DNA of 61,979 nucleotides, filler included, from Choristocarpus tenellus KU-1152 (Eukaryota; Protista; Phaeophyceae), in NCBI GenBank assembly GCA_964200185.2. It is 9 parts of 9 records of this genome, joined end to end, with 100 filler letters (N's around TTAATTAATTAA, not from the genome) between each part and the next. Parts side by side here need not be neighbours in the genome. Positions count along the whole stretch, not along the records: positions 23,043 to 35,798 come from CAXNAD020001715.1; positions 35,899 to 54,369 come from CAXNAD020000548.1; 7 more parts are not named here. The stretch is one strand, 5' to 3'. The position numbers and the translations under genes are program-made. Position 1 is the stretch's first letter; each line of letters opens with the position of its first letter. Of the stretch, positions 26,926 to 41,151 are shown piece by piece. Below the pieces are notes generated by a model that was given only the letters and a program-made list of their open reading frames with translations, was not told where the DNA came from and ran no database searches.

Positions 26926-27183
26926 GAGCTAAAGTATCTTAGAGGTTAGAGCCGCGTCCATTTCGGGGTCAAATTCCAATGTTCCGATTTTGATGTAATT
27001 TTGACTATCGTGTTTTTGAGGAAGTGTCAATATCCTTGTTCCGAACACACCTTTTCATAATGTGCAAATTTTACCTACTCCGAAACATATCGGAGTAGAA
27101 AAATATCATAAAACACCTGTGGGAAGCCAAGTCCCAAATGGACAAACAGGGAAAAACTCGTACCCTCTATGATACTTTCACTC
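26926..27183 (+). mobile_element. MITE family A
   Basis: Family A TIRs and internal sequence; flanks CTAT/CATA give no perfect TSD. Confidence 0.9.
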
Positions 27184-28469
27184 CATATGATGTGTAAAGT
27201 TGAATTCCTTGAGCTTCGTGATTTTCATGCACGACTATGTGGGACCCTTTCTTGGATTCCACAGATACATGGATGAATGTGATGTACAACAGATTCTTAG
27301 CACGTAGGCGTTTCACAGATTTTGTGAACCGCCCACATTTGTCCCCTCATAGGACGCTGAGATTGCACTCACAACTATGTGAAAGTCACCTTTCCTCTCT
27401 CGATCATTCACACTCTACTCTTCCACTAATGTAAGCCTTGTACTCGGTAGGATCGTCGCTCTGTTTTTTAATTTAGTCTGGGCCCTATTTGGCCTCAGTC
27501 CCGAATCTGATAATGTTGGTGATCTTGCTCAGTTGGAGCCCACTTAAGTACGACCAGGTCAGCATTGGACTTTTCCCCTACGTACATGCAGCATGTCGAG
27601 TTGGATTATGTCAAATCGCAGGAGTTTCAGCAGTTGGTGAGCACATACTGCACACCATACTACCATGATACAATGCCGCGTATGCCTTGATACTGTAGAG
27701 TACCGTACTCCGGACTAGTTCAATTATTTGGTATTCAAGTGGTTGATGATTTCGAATGATGAGGTGGTTGGTCACCTGTTGGTGGTCGAATCTTGTGATG
27801 TTCATAGGACTCAGTTGGTGAATTTCCACCTCAGCGAGCTTTCCACGATGTAGACCCCTGCAAACGAAGGACATTATTGATTGGGTAGGCACGACCATAA
27901 CCTTGAACAAGCATGAAAAACCCTGTTGGGGCCCTTGCCCTTGTCAACTTAAAAGATACGATCGAGGATGTCAATGTGTTTATTCTGATAACATTCGCCT
28001 CTAGTCAAACTGCACGTGGGCAACTCAGGTGTGGGAACGTGATGCTGATGAATAGTTACCAGTGCACGCGAAAGATACATAGCCAGACCTTCCACTCCAG
28101 TCTTTTAGGTTCTTCATGAGACACTCTTTGTATTGTGGGAGCCCGCAACCCTCAAGGAATACGTCTGGGTCCACAACATCCGTACTGACATTTTTAGAGA
28201 TCAACATTGGGATCGCTGAATGGATATCCCGCAACACACACCTCCCTTCCCTTCCCTACCCTTTTTGCCTGTTGTTTGCCTTAGCGACAATCAACTGCTG
28301 TCTAAGAATATAGTCATAATAGGTCTTTCAATTTGATAATAATATTGAAACGGCAGTATTTTTGTATTTTAAAAAGAAATGTGTTTGTACAAAACAATCG
28401 GACAGAATATTTTTACACGTTGTTATATTTTTAGACGTTATCTGTAAGTTTTGAGGTGTGTTTATCCCT

Positions 28470-30520
28470 TTTCCGTCATGAGAAACCTGGGACTCTGTTC
28501 GCTAACCCGAGTACAGCACCCAAAGGTTTATCGCTCCTGTCTGCTAGAGTCATACATACCTTTCACATGCATCCCTTAGCTCTGTGATCATGCAGTTGTT
28601 GTGAGTGGCAGCACCTCTCATCTCTTTCTCTTCTTTATTACTATAGGCATTTCTCTGGGGGGTCATAACTGTCATACCAGGGCTGTGACGACATCCACAC
28701 CCCATCACACTTGCGACTCTGACCAGATTTCACACAAGTTTGAACAAATGAACTTGTGCCTTTTCTTTAGCTCTTTTTCGTTTCCTCAGACAATGTGTAG
28801 TCTCGCAGTGTACATCCCTTGCTTTAAGTGCCTGGATCGAACACACACACTTCTCCTCGTTCAAGCACTGTGCCTGCGATTCCATTCAATCCTTTACTTT
28901 AGTCTGCTTGTATCATCTCTCTTTTAGTCGACGTAGGCAAACGTTGTGTTGCTGCGTCGTGGAGTGTGTCGCCCCCACGATTTGCTCCACCCTAAAATCC
29001 TTTCTCGGCTGGTTTACATGTCTAGATCTACTGCACCCCGAAACTTCTTGACCTTAGCGTTTATAATCTACCAGCATCAACTCATCACTCCACAATTGAG
29101 TCGCTCTACTTTATTGATGCGTGAACCGTCCAAGTAGCCGCATAGTTGACTAGTTGAGGCCTTCACCTCGTTTTTCGCATCACCCAAACAATTATTCTTC
29201 CACGTCCATCTTCCAACTGCTGCTTAGGTGGTTTACACATCTAGGTGTGCTCCTCCCCAACACTTTAGGACTTCGTCTGTATAAGCTGCATCGTAAGATC
29301 TAGCTTTCCTTGGCAACCTCTGTGAGTGAACTCTTTCGATTAATGCACCCTCTGATCATGCAAGCTTAAATCATGGCGTACTGTTGGGTTTCATTTACAC
29401 ACCTCAAGCACACCTTACTCCCATACATCCCCTCAATCAAAATTTGGAGGGGTAAAAGCCCTTCCCGATTCTCGCCTTATATTGTGCTACACATAGACGA
29501 CCAACAATTTGGGCCCTTGGTAATTGTGAGAGAAAGCACAAATATATGACCCAACTTAGAGCTGGTTAGTTTTCTCTGCATTGAAATCGACAAAGGAGAC
29601 CATCAGTAATGAGTTGGAATCTACATTATCTAGCCATAAGGAGGTTTGACGCAATCTCAGGGATATTGTCCTCCTGCGCCACCTGATGTTCTTCGTTTGG
29701 AGGTTGGACACCAACCATCCACACTTCTTTTTATGCTCAACATGATTTTAGAGGAAGTCAGACAGCAGCTGAAAGGAGGATGAGAGGTGAGGCTGTCTAC
29801 ATGTTCGTTGTCGAGGATACATCTTAGGAGTTCTTGAGTGGCACAGATATAGTACAAACTAATGCTTACACAGTCACCACCCCAGTGGTGCCAGGCATTC
29901 CACTCAATGATGAGTACAGATTTTCAAACTAAGTGTTTCCAAAGGGAAGATATCGCGTGGCTCCCACACCTCAGGCTCTATGCTGAGCGAAAGGTCTCTT
30001 TTATTGTGGCATGCTGCAGATGAAGTAAATAGTACCTACTGAAATTGTCGTACAGGTGCGTAGAGGCTACCCCTGACATAGTTCCTCCTTAATGCCAACA
30101 GCAGTCTCCTGGCACCACTGCTTGCTTCCCCCTGTTGGGAGTATCAATAGAAGAAGCCCGAAGACATGCCCACACAGGCACAAGGGTAAGGCTGGATGTG
30201 TACTGATACATAAGAAAACTGTGCCAGAGTTCTCACAGGCTGTGGAAACCTTGGATATCAGTGACATGCATTCTCATGTGCCCCACTTTCTGAACTATGA
30301 TCCCATGACCATCTGGGTCGCAATAAACTCTGTCCACAGCCCTTCATGTCCACCAATGCCTGCAATATCTTTCACTTCCACTTGATGAAGTGTCATCAAG
30401 AGCAATGGCGTCACCTATATATGGAGGCGTTTGACCATTGGTTGAGAAATAATGGAGTCACACCCACCTGGGACTAAGATCACAATGGCGGGGAGCAGAT
30501 CTCAGTGTGAAAAACAATAT
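28470..30520 (-). mobile_element. Highly decayed LTR-retrotransposon debris (protease-like and RT-like fragments)
   Basis: Broken minus-strand peptides such as MTLADRSDKPLGAV, PAIVILVPGG, RLHI and RYLPFG weakly resemble gypsy motifs; many stops. Confidence 0.3.
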
Positions 30521-32643
30521 GGTCTGCCATCCTTATGTTTTTGTTCTTTCTCCAGGTCAGGTCAGCAATGACACAGATGTGGTTCTTTTGGGTAGGGAGT
30601 TGCCAAATTTAAACTTGTACGTTTCCTAGGAGTAGCAGCCCTTTGGCTAGTATTCTTGTGTCTAACTAGGCCTGATGGTCATAATTTTGTACATATATTA
30701 TTTTCTCCTCTATCTACTAATGGGTGAGTCTTCATACCATGATGGGAGACACCAGCTCTGCTGATACTCAGGACTGTCGGCAGCAGCAGCTCATCTCTAT
30801 ATTCCCATCCAAACTTCCTAAAGTAAGGAGCACTTCATGTTGATGCGTGCATGCAAGCACTCTGGCATGCACACCCAACTGATTGCCTACATGAGCATTT
30901 GTCCACCCTGTTGCACTCTTCTCGCGCATAGGAGGATGGGGAGGGAATTGCTACGTGGAAAAAAGGAAATTTCAATTCAAGGTGTAGAGCCAGGGCAGAT
31001 CATCTCCAGCATGCCTCTTACGAAGCAACATATGCACACACAAGCACGATAACATGCTAGGGGTTGACAAACGAACCTAGATCATGTTGATGACGCAAAA
31101 GCACACACAAGTAAGCAAGCATTTGTTCAAAAATATAGTACAACTTGGAAAACGTAAACCTCAACACTAACGTTTACTCTAGAATATTTTGACACATTCG
31201 ACCTAAAACAACTGTTGTTGATGACAGCATTCGGCCCATATATATATGGAGAATATATATAAATTGTATAAAGTCCGTTGTCCATGAAATCCCCCAATCC
31301 ATTTGGTCAATATCCTCCGTTACCTGGCAGAAGGATTGGGCATGATGTCATAATCTCCGTTGTCAGTTCAATCCTTTGCTCTACTACACAACACCCATTG
31401 TCCACTACGCACTCGATAGCATTTGCTGCATAACGTACGTTTGTCTGGGCAATGTTCGATCCTGTTCCCTCCATAACTTTTTAGAAGAAATCGCGCATAT
31501 TGGCACTTTTGTGAAATTTACCTCAAAGTATACAGTATATTTTTTCACCTAAAATGTTGTTTATCTTTTCAACCCTGGAAAGCGATGTATGGAAGAAAAT
31601 TCGCAGAACCAAGAAATAACAAAAAAAGGAAAGTGATACATACACTATGTTGTGGTTGTGCCTGTTCATGATGATATCGACTGTCCTCTCAGGTCTATGA
31701 CTTCCATTTTTCAGCAGACGATTAATCAGACTTTGATGTCCGTTCTTCAGGACTGATAACGCTCGTCGCCATTTGTTCTGTAACATTTTTGTGCGGCGAA
31801 TGCTGTATCATACACAGCAGTAGAACATGAAATTTATGTTTGATGAATGCTAACGTTTACTGAGGTGTGAAAGATATGTTCAGTGTATCACAGGGAGGTC
31901 ACCCGACCGATCGTTGCTCAGGAACTAGAAATTTCTGGCCGATAAAATGTTTCGTTATCGATACGCGAAATCGATCCATAGTCTCTGGCCCGCTAGCTAT
32001 GGGGCTCAAATACTACACAACACCGTTCCACCGAAAAAGATTGACTTACTCTGATTTAGATGCCATACATTTTTTAGCCTTTGTTTTCATGCATTGAAAT
32101 GTTGAACCTCATCTCCAATTAGTACGAAAAGCAATACATCATATTTTATTCTCTCTGTATTCAGCTATTTCTGACCATCATACAACTCTGGTGAGCGTCC
32201 TCAAGCCCCCAATCCATACCAATTTCTCCTTCTATGGTCTTCTCGACTCCAGCTGCAGTCTGCTAAATTGAGTTGACTGCTTAAAGGCGATTCAAAAAGG
32301 CCAACATAAACCTCCGACTAAGATTTAATCCCTCCACATAACTCTAAACAGCACCTTCCCAAGATATACTCTAGGTTACTCTGATCAAGTCTACTTGTCA
32401 CGTACACTATAATTCGAAGGCGGTATGACCTGGCATACGCCCTGATCATCACCCCGTAAATAATGGACAATCTCTGTACTCTATTGCCCCAATCAAGCAG
32501 GAGAATGCCCTCCTACACCTCTCTTTAACCTCCCCACTACATCTTCTTTGCTAAACCTGAAACTACTGTTCAATGTACAGGCAATCAATAAAATGTCTCC
32601 AACCCTCCTCTGACTTGTGGCATCATATCCTCACCTAGAACCT

Positions 32644-33756
32644 TCAATGGGGATACAAATGGCTGCCTGTTATCTGAAGAGTCCTTTCGGCTGGCAACTC
32701 TATCTTGCCCTCGGATACCTTTGATGGATCCAATAGGTGGAGTGAGGACGCAGCTGGGGCCTTTGTGAGCCCCAGCACAACGGCCATGTTGCTGAAGTTG
32801 TCTCCGTTACGTATGTCATCCATTGTCTGCTGCGTGCTGATGTATGTTGTTCCCCAGATGGCCAGCAGCAATGCTATGTTGATGATAATGATGAGGATGC
32901 CGAAGACCTCATGGGTAGAGTCATCTTCCTCTGATATGTCCACCTCAACAAGTAGGCCTAGGAAGTTACTAATGAATATGATCACGCAGCCCTGTATTTA
33001 CAACATAAGGCCATCGTGATTTTACATAGGAAAATTGGACTTTTTTTACAAATGTGTACTGGATATTTTCCGAATTGTGTAAGAAAGTTTCAAACAATAG
33101 GAAATTCACCCCCCTCAACCCAAACTTACCACTTCATCCATAGAAATTACGGTGAATTGCAAGGGATTGGAAATCTGGTCTAAAATGCAATACAACCAAA
33201 AACTGGGTACATTTCGTTTTCTTTGGCTCAAACATGTGCATCATCTGGTGAACTCTACCTGAATAGATAGTTCGAGATTGACCGTAAACAATAATATTGG
33301 GCTAGTGGATGCGAGTTTATGTTTGTTTGTGTAAGGGTGTCCGATAAAGAGAGAAAAAAAAAAAACTAAGGGAAACAAAGAAAAACACCAAAATTGGTCA
33401 TGCTTAGTACTAATGATTTCGTAGTGACTACCATGGTTGTGGTGCTCTGGAAGTCCATTTTTACTTCAACCCTTATGTGGGGAAATCGGAATTGTGAGAA
33501 AGGACTTTCTCGTCCAAAACCCCGAGTGCTGTACTGTAATGTTGAAGTGGGTAGGAATTTCAAAATACCTTCAAGCTCGATTTCACTCCATGCCTTCCCG
33601 TGCGACAAGGAAAGTCAACTGGGATATGTTCATTTGGGAGGCACTGAAAACAAGCTGGAATTTGAAATAAAAAATTTAGCCGTCTACGCAAAGCAACTGC
33701 ATATGATGCTCACATATACATACATACATACATACATACATACATACATACATACA

Positions 33757-33791
<35 letters not shown>

Positions 33792-35327
33792 TTCTTGACA
33801 TAATTTTTTTTCAAAAAATCGAATTTGAGGTTGCAACACATCTCTCCTCAGGCAATCATTACAATCATTTCAATGGCAGCAAAGAGGTGACTGAGTTCAA
33901 AACTCACCAAAACAAGTAAGAAAGGGCACCACTTGATCGAAATGTATTCGTAGTATGCACTATGAAAATAGTTCTCCATCATATATTCCTCCAAACACTA
34001 CAGCGCTGCATAGGATAATTTCGACATTCCACAAAAAACTCTGCCTCAGGAGGAAATATAATCTCTCCAAGCGACACAGCTAGGAGTTTCCATTGTCCGG
34101 GTGTGGGTGGAGCAATTCAAAAGCTAGAATGCTCACTAAAGCAAAGAGGCAGGCCATGGCAACCTATGCTACTGACTGTGACTCGATAAAGGTCAATGCT
34201 CCTGTGAGAAGAATCCTCCTACCGCACTCGATCACCTCACAGTAGTACATATTTGGAACTGAGCAGTAAGGGTTTAGATTATGGTTAGGGTTAGAGTTAA
34301 GGATAGGGTTAGGCCAAGCGATGGTGTTGACAGGTCGATGCATTCACCCGATGTCATTGTCTCGTGAGAGATTATTATTTTTGTTCTTGTGGTAAAGTCA
34401 TGACAGGTTTTGTACCATATCCTCAAGCCCTAACCCAATCCTTACTACTACTACTGTAATTATTACTACTTGTGGCAGGAAATGCCTATTTCGTACACTA
34501 TAGAAAATAATCATTTAAAACGTTGGTGTGGGGGGAGAAGGGGATTGAACCATGGTGAACAGCAGTTCAGTGGTCGAAAAACTAGGAAAAATTGTGAATT
34601 ATCCACACCAAGAACAGGTAGACTAGGCAAGCGAAGACTGTATGTAGTAGAAAGACTCTTCAACCTCACCAACCTCACAAAAGAAATCCCTGAAACAGGT
34701 ACAACCAGTGCTCCATACTAAAAAAAGACATCCATCCAACATAAGATGTCAGAAACGTCGTGATAATCTTCTGTAAAAAGCTACTGTATAAATACATACT
34801 CTGTGTCATTTTTTGTGTGGATGAATTTCCGTTACAACTTTTATCCGCACATCTTCATCGCCAAAACCTGTGAGCAAACGAAGAGCTCTCAACTTCATAA
34901 AAGGCATTCCTCAATTATCTACAAGGTTTTTCTTCTTACCTACAATGTATTCACACGCAGCTCTGTGCAAACAGATATAATATGACTTAAAAGTAGAGAT
35001 GTGGTACAGCATGTTAGCACGATTACGCACATCAACTCATACATACAGTACCCACCAAAGTCTTTCCACAGGAACATCGTGGGGTTCAAATCCGGGTCTT
35101 GTTCCCGCATCTGCACCCTTTCCTTCAGCTCCCATTCCACCAGCTGTTGTTGTCGTCTTGTTCGTACCCACAATTCCCGAGGACATATGCCCCCCACCAG
35201 TGGCTCAGATCCCTTCGAAGAACTGCTCTCATGGGTGGTATTGATTGGCTTGGGATTAATTTTGTTCCTCTGCTTCCAAAGGATGGCAAAGTACAGGAGT
35301 GGGATACACGATACCAACAGGGTACAC
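32644..35327 (-). pseudogene. 3' exons of a multi-pass membrane protein pseudogene (exons 35327-35056, 34258-34068, 32991-32644)
   Basis: VYPVGIPLLYFAILWK...FLWKDF / PNMYYCEVIECGRRILLTGAL... / GCVIIFISNFLGLL...; 7-bp frameshifting insertion, in-frame TAG at 34164-34166 and 34080-34082, donor reads GAGAG instead of GTGAG. Confidence 0.8.
33717..33785. repeat. (TACA)n microsatellite
   Basis: Direct reading. Confidence 0.95.
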
Positions 35328-35709
35328 CTGCCAGTAATTAAGGGAATATTTATTCCAAGAGGGGGGGGGGGCTTAGGTGAAATCAACAACGATTTTAATC
35401 TAAAATAATAACTACTTCTACCCCTAGCCCTAATCCTATTTCTAGCACCGCATCACTACAAATTCTATAAATCCATTATTGGGAAATGGTGTTAGGAAGG
35501 AGTAAATCAGTTGACATTGACAATACTCAACTTTGAGGTCCTAATTCCAACCCAAACCCCTAACCCTAGGATGGGAGACATATATTTGTAGGCTAATGTT
35601 TTACGCTATATACTAGTCCTAAAGAATTTAATTCAAACAATATAATCAATTTTGAACTTTGACATACATACGGGGTTTTTTGGAACAATGATTAGAGTTG
35701 TCAATTATT

Positions 35710-35798
35710 GGTTCAAAGTATCTGGGGTGGCGGCTGTCTATTTGGGGTCAATTTTTTCATGTCACGATTTTTGTGTAGTTTGGTTGCATACGTCGGAT
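35710..35798 (-). mobile_element. MITE family B, truncated by contig end
   Basis: GGTTCAAAGTATCTGGGGTGGCGGCTGTCTATTTGGGG; same orientation as the 18393 copy. Confidence 0.82.
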
Positions 35799-38203
35799 NN
35801 NNNNNNNNNNNNNNNNNNNNNNNNNNNNNNNNNNNNNNNNNNTTAATTAATTAANNNNNNNNNNNNNNNNNNNNNNNNNNNNNNNNNNNNNNNNNNNNCC
35901 TTGTCTCTCTTTGATCTGTCCTCCTGTGCGTCTTCCCGCTCCCCTTCATTACGAAGAACCTGTCGGCTGTTTCCACCTGTTTCACAATTGTTTCACAGTC
36001 CATTCTCAAGTCTGGAAATATCAAGGATAGAGACAGGTGTGGTAAACTACTAAGATATAAAGAAAGATACTCCAATAAAAAATATAAAACACCAGACTAT
36101 ATATCAATAACCCTCAATAATAGTTTTTTATTTTTGGGAAGTCAATCATGTTGTTGATGTGAATGGATCCTCCCCTCCAATTTATTTTTTCTGTATCGTT
36201 GTTTGCAAGGCTTACTACAATGATTGTTGTGGTTGTCGAAGATTTGGAAGTTTGTATTGATCAAATACTACAATGTGTCAATGTTTGAACATCTTTGTTG
36301 CTGGTTATCTTTATGATGAGCTCCTTGAACTTTGTCTTCACTCCTTTTCCATTGTTTTTATGCGGTAGTGCCAGCCACTGGTCGCTAGTCATCCCCTCCC
36401 ATCTTAGAACTTCGGAGGGATTGATCTCCCTCTTTGACCTTGTCTCTCTTTGATCTGATCAGGTACAAACAAATACTTTAATTTTGACCTGATCCTCTTC
36501 TTAAGTCACTCATTTGCTCCTCGTCATGTAGTGTTGTAATTGGCTTCTTCTTCCCAAACTCGCTGACGTTTTGCGATGGGAAACGACCACCTCAACGATC
36601 AACGATTATATGAACTGAGAATGGTGATTTCCATTTTTTTCTCTCGACTGGTCATTGATTGCCTCATTCGAAACTCTACGTGAGGGTAACCGATTATTAC
36701 CCACTTGGCAATTCCCTTTGCAGGACTCCGAGAGAATTCACAGTGGAGAACAAGAAACAAAATTCATCTTCTTGGCTCAAGGTCTGTTTCCTCGTCGAAA
36801 ATTGACCCAAGCAATGCCTTCGAAAACACAAAATAATCCTCAGAGGACAACAAATGGAAGACATGTCCAATCGATCATGAACAATACCATCGGGGTACCA
36901 TTCCTACGGCGAAGGGACCAAGACAGCTGGGTGAGGAAGGAGGAAGTGATTTCGATGTGGAGGAGATATGATTCCTGAAAAGGAATCTCGGTCCTCCTAA
37001 AAGGTCACCCCCCAGAAGAACATTGAGAAGATTCTGTGGTGGGGGGATATGACACGAGCAAGCACGTGGGTCTATAACAATGTCTGCCTCTACTCATTTC
37101 GGTGGTCGGAAGGGAGGCGAAGGATGGAGTCCGTCGTACGCGCATCAGATGGGGTTGAAAATCTGTATCCCATCCCCACATGTCCCTACCCAACGACATC
37201 CATCATTTTCGTAGTATCACCAAATCTCCTACAATCACAAGGGCATCGGGAGGGTTTCCCTTGAGGATTGTCCTCCATCTATCGCATGTTCACTCCCACT
37301 GGTGTTGCAATCTCCGCCCCTGCCAAGACTAGATCCTCTGCCAACGTCGACTGGAATAATGGAAGTAATAAGTGGCGACCTTGCCATCTTCCACATACCA
37401 TTCCGATTCCACGTTCTCCAAGGAGTTTGCCCTCCACACAAAAGATGTGTGTGAGGGAATGTCTGACTCCACTTGGTATTCCTTGAAATTGAGAGATGAC
37501 GTAGGTTTCATCCCCCCTACCACAACTATGACTACCTTAGATTGTATTCCCAGGAAAACCTCCCCCTCTCGATGGGGCACGCCCTCACCAAAGGAGTCTG
37601 ATGTGTGCAGCACTGTTTTTCCAATGGGTAAGGAAGAGGCTGCTGCATTGAGCAAGGTTGTGGCAGTTGAGGATAGTTCTTTGGAGCTGCATTTCCAGCC
37701 AGAAGATAGGATGGGTGTAATCAAGGGTTTGGCAGTGGAGAGGGGTACTGGGAAGCAAGGGGACCTGAAGTCTAGACCAAGAGGAGAATCCAGATGCACA
37801 GAAGGTTCGGAAAAGGACGTTCAGGAGCTGTTCCAGGGAGGACATCCATACCCTCAGAGGCCAACAGAACTGGTGTGTGAGAGAAGAGACATTGATTTTC
37901 GAACTTGTGTTTGGTGTTTGGCAACATTCATATCTGTATCCATGCTTGTTTTCTTCTCCATCTTTGTGTCTGCTTTGGAGTTACTGTCTCAATGTTTTGT
38001 TTTACATCACTTCTCCACACGTTTGAGCTCCCTGTTTAACCCTTTTTCACATACATGTGTACCTGAGAAATATCTCTTGTTAATACCTAGGGCAACTGGA
38101 TGCCAGACATTCTCTTTGTCAACAGTTTCAAAATCCATGAATGTGCAGATAAATTGCCTTATTGTACATCTATTTTGAGCATTGCAGATGGCACTGTGCT
38201 TAC

Positions 38204-38379
38204 TGCTCAAAGAACCTGGGGGGGGGGGGTCTACACCAGGGTGTCCATTTGGGCCCTGACAAGGAAAATAACATGTACATTATCCATCCGACGCATTCAA
38301 TCCAATCCACCCAAAAATCACGACATGGAAAAATGGAACCCAAATGGACACCTGCCACCCCCCCCAGATACTCTGAGCC
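38204..38379 (+). mobile_element. MITE family B
   Basis: TIRs (T)GCTCAAAGAACCT / AGATACTCTGAGCC; TTAC duplicated; absent at the paralogous site ~53735. Confidence 0.9.
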
Positions 38380-39832
38380 TTACAATGTGTTCACAGCTAA
38401 CATTACCTAGTCACAACCTCCTAAGGGGGTCCAATGCATTTCAAGCATGGACATGGTGCATATTGACCAAGGTTCAAATATACTGTATAAGTTCAAAATA
38501 ACTCCCCAATGTAGTTTCACTTGATAATACCCAGTTCGATGGGTGGGTAGTGTCCTACGACAATCACATTTTCATCAACTATTTAAACTTTATATTTAAA
38601 TTCATTTCATTGCATTTAATCCCCAAAATAATCCTGAATAAACAGCACTCACACTCAGACACCCTTCACGCTCAATAGTTGCTGAGTTCACACTATTCAC
38701 ATCAAAAGTGGGAGAAAAATGTGGCATCCATGATCCCACAAGACAGACTACACCCATTTTAACACAGTTTCTCGCTGGACCGACACTTAGCATGTCCACT
38801 GCTAGCAATTTGGCTATGTTGATAAGGTTGATGGTTGTTGATTCAGTCATGTTCAAACTTGGTTGTACATGGCCAGTTGGAAGCCCCAGTCATGTTGAGT
38901 GTTGATGGCCATGGACTGTGTATCCCAAAAAATATCCTGGCAGGTGGCTCACCTCATGGCTATGCCTCCCTATTTACATTCACACTACTTGAATATTTTA
39001 TCCTATAGTACTACTGTAAGTACTAAACACGTAACACACACACACACATATATATATATATTTCCATATATTTTCCGATTTATTATTCTAGACCATCATA
39101 AATTGAAAATTTATTACTAGTACATCACCGTGTGTTTGGTGTTTGGGTGGCTAAGGTGTTTGTGAGCTCAAGGTGTACTTTGAAATTATACACTATGTAT
39201 TTTGACACTCAATCTTCACGAGTCAAATATCTTAATTGTAGATGTATAAATTGAAAAAAATATACACAAATATAGCATCCCTCCTGACATCTCACTGCAT
39301 GTACATGAGCATATTTTATAATTTGCACCAACAAAGTCTAGAGATGATTTGAAAGATTGTATCTATATGCACATAATACAGTGTAACTACACTTCAACAT
39401 GCTGCAAATATCCTTCTTTGTTTGCATGGAGTGGCTGAACAAATCGAATAGATGGAATAGGACAACATGTAGTAGACATGATCGGGACATGCCACAAAAA
39501 AGTAAGACTCGCCGGCTGACGGACACGGACCGAAACAATACCTAGTGGACATGGTCCGGACATGTTAGCAAATGCTAGACTCGGTCCAGCTGGTGAAAAT
39601 GGACTGGAACGTGCAAGATACCTGTTGGATTGGTCCAGCTGGCAGATAGGGTTGTTTCAATTTGCCGGCCCAGTAAAAAAATATTGATTTGAAAACCCCC
39701 CTTGCTTTGAAATGAAAACAACTCTGCTCCAATAAAGGAAGAACGAATATCCAATATATTCACCATTTAAGCTGTGAAGTGTATAAGGTCTGAACCGGGG
39801 CCTTCCAGTTTCTTTGATGAGTATAGCCCAAA

Positions 39833-40096
39833 TGTCCACAGTATCCTAGAGGACGGGTCAGGCGTTCACCCAGGGAAGTTGTGACCATGTAGTGATTTTC
39901 ATGTTATTGGACTGAACGTTTCAGATGTAGGGTTCATTTCCTTTATCTACACCTTCATTTCCCATACCTCGCCCTGGACGAAATCCAAAGGAAAATCACC
40001 AGCAAAACGGGCACCAAACTGGCTGATTTTCAATACTCCACCAAGCACTGAGAGGACTACCTGGGCTGACCCCCCTCCTCTAGGATACAATGGGCC
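39833..40096. mobile_element. MITE family C (264 bp, single copy in window)
   Basis: Inverted ends GTATCCTAGAGGA / TCCTCTAGGATAC; CAAA duplicated; absent at the paralogous site ~52325. Confidence 0.8.
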
Positions 40097-40892
40097 CAAA
40101 ATGACCCAAATAATGAGGGTACATTCAACAAAAAATCTTGTCCTCTACTATGCCATCAATCCTCACAATTCACTTATTGTTTATATCGACCAAGAAACCA
40201 CCCTCACCATTAAAGGGGTTGGGTAGAGCAACTGCACTCCGCCTGGTATCCTACCCTTTGATGACTTGCTCAGGCTTGTACATTGACCTCCCACTGTGAG
40301 GGTTGAGCATGACTCCAGCTGGTTGAACATGAGGTCGCAGGAGGGGAGAGAGACAACCCAAGAACCCAAGATATAGAGAGCAGGGGAAGGGAAGGGGTAT
40401 TGGTCAGGATAATCAGGGGAAGAGCAGAACGATTGAAAAGAAGGTGAGTACAGAGATGGATATCTCCCACTCAACTATTGCCGTCCATGATACTCACCTT
40501 CCTCTTTTCAAAGGAGATGAGTTGGTTCTCTTGGACTGGGTGATCAAACTTGCACGTGACTCCATAGCCGCATATGCCATGCACAAGGTAGTAAGTACAT
40601 GGCTGAATATTAGTGGAAATGTATTGTCCATAGTTGCAGCAAGGAGCAAGGAAGGGGAGGGAAGGTGGTTTCGAGCTTATTATTGGTGCTGTTCTGTAGA
40701 GAAATGGGGGCTGAGGGAGAGAGACGATCTTCTGGAGGGAGATTAACAATTTGGGGTTGTATATGGCACATACAGGTTGCAATGTTGACTAGATATCGTG
40801 CTGTTGTACTAAGGAAGGAGCAACACTGAACACATATGAAATGAGGCTCTACACCCTCTCCGTCTCAAACATGCATTAGTCTACAACTTTGT

Positions 40893-41151
40893 GAGTGAAA
40901 GTATCTTAGAGGGTACAAGTGTTTCCTCGTTTGTCCATTTGGGACTTGACTTCCCGCGGTTTTTTAATGACATTTTTACCTACTCCAAAATGTTTCGACG
41001 TAGCTAAAATTATATGTTATGAAAAGGTGTGTCCAGAACAAGGATATTGACATCTCGTAACAAACACGATTGTCAAAATTACATCAAAATTGCAACATTG
41101 GAATTTCGCCCCCAAATGGACACGGTTCTACTCTCTAAGATAATTTAACTC
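40893..41151 (-). mobile_element. MITE family A
   Basis: Family A TIRs; TGT duplicated; empty paralogous site at ~49490. Confidence 0.92.

Noticed and set aside
23700-28300. Short ORFs suggestive of decayed transposon or retroelement proteins
   Set aside because: No diagnostic motif could be read with confidence.
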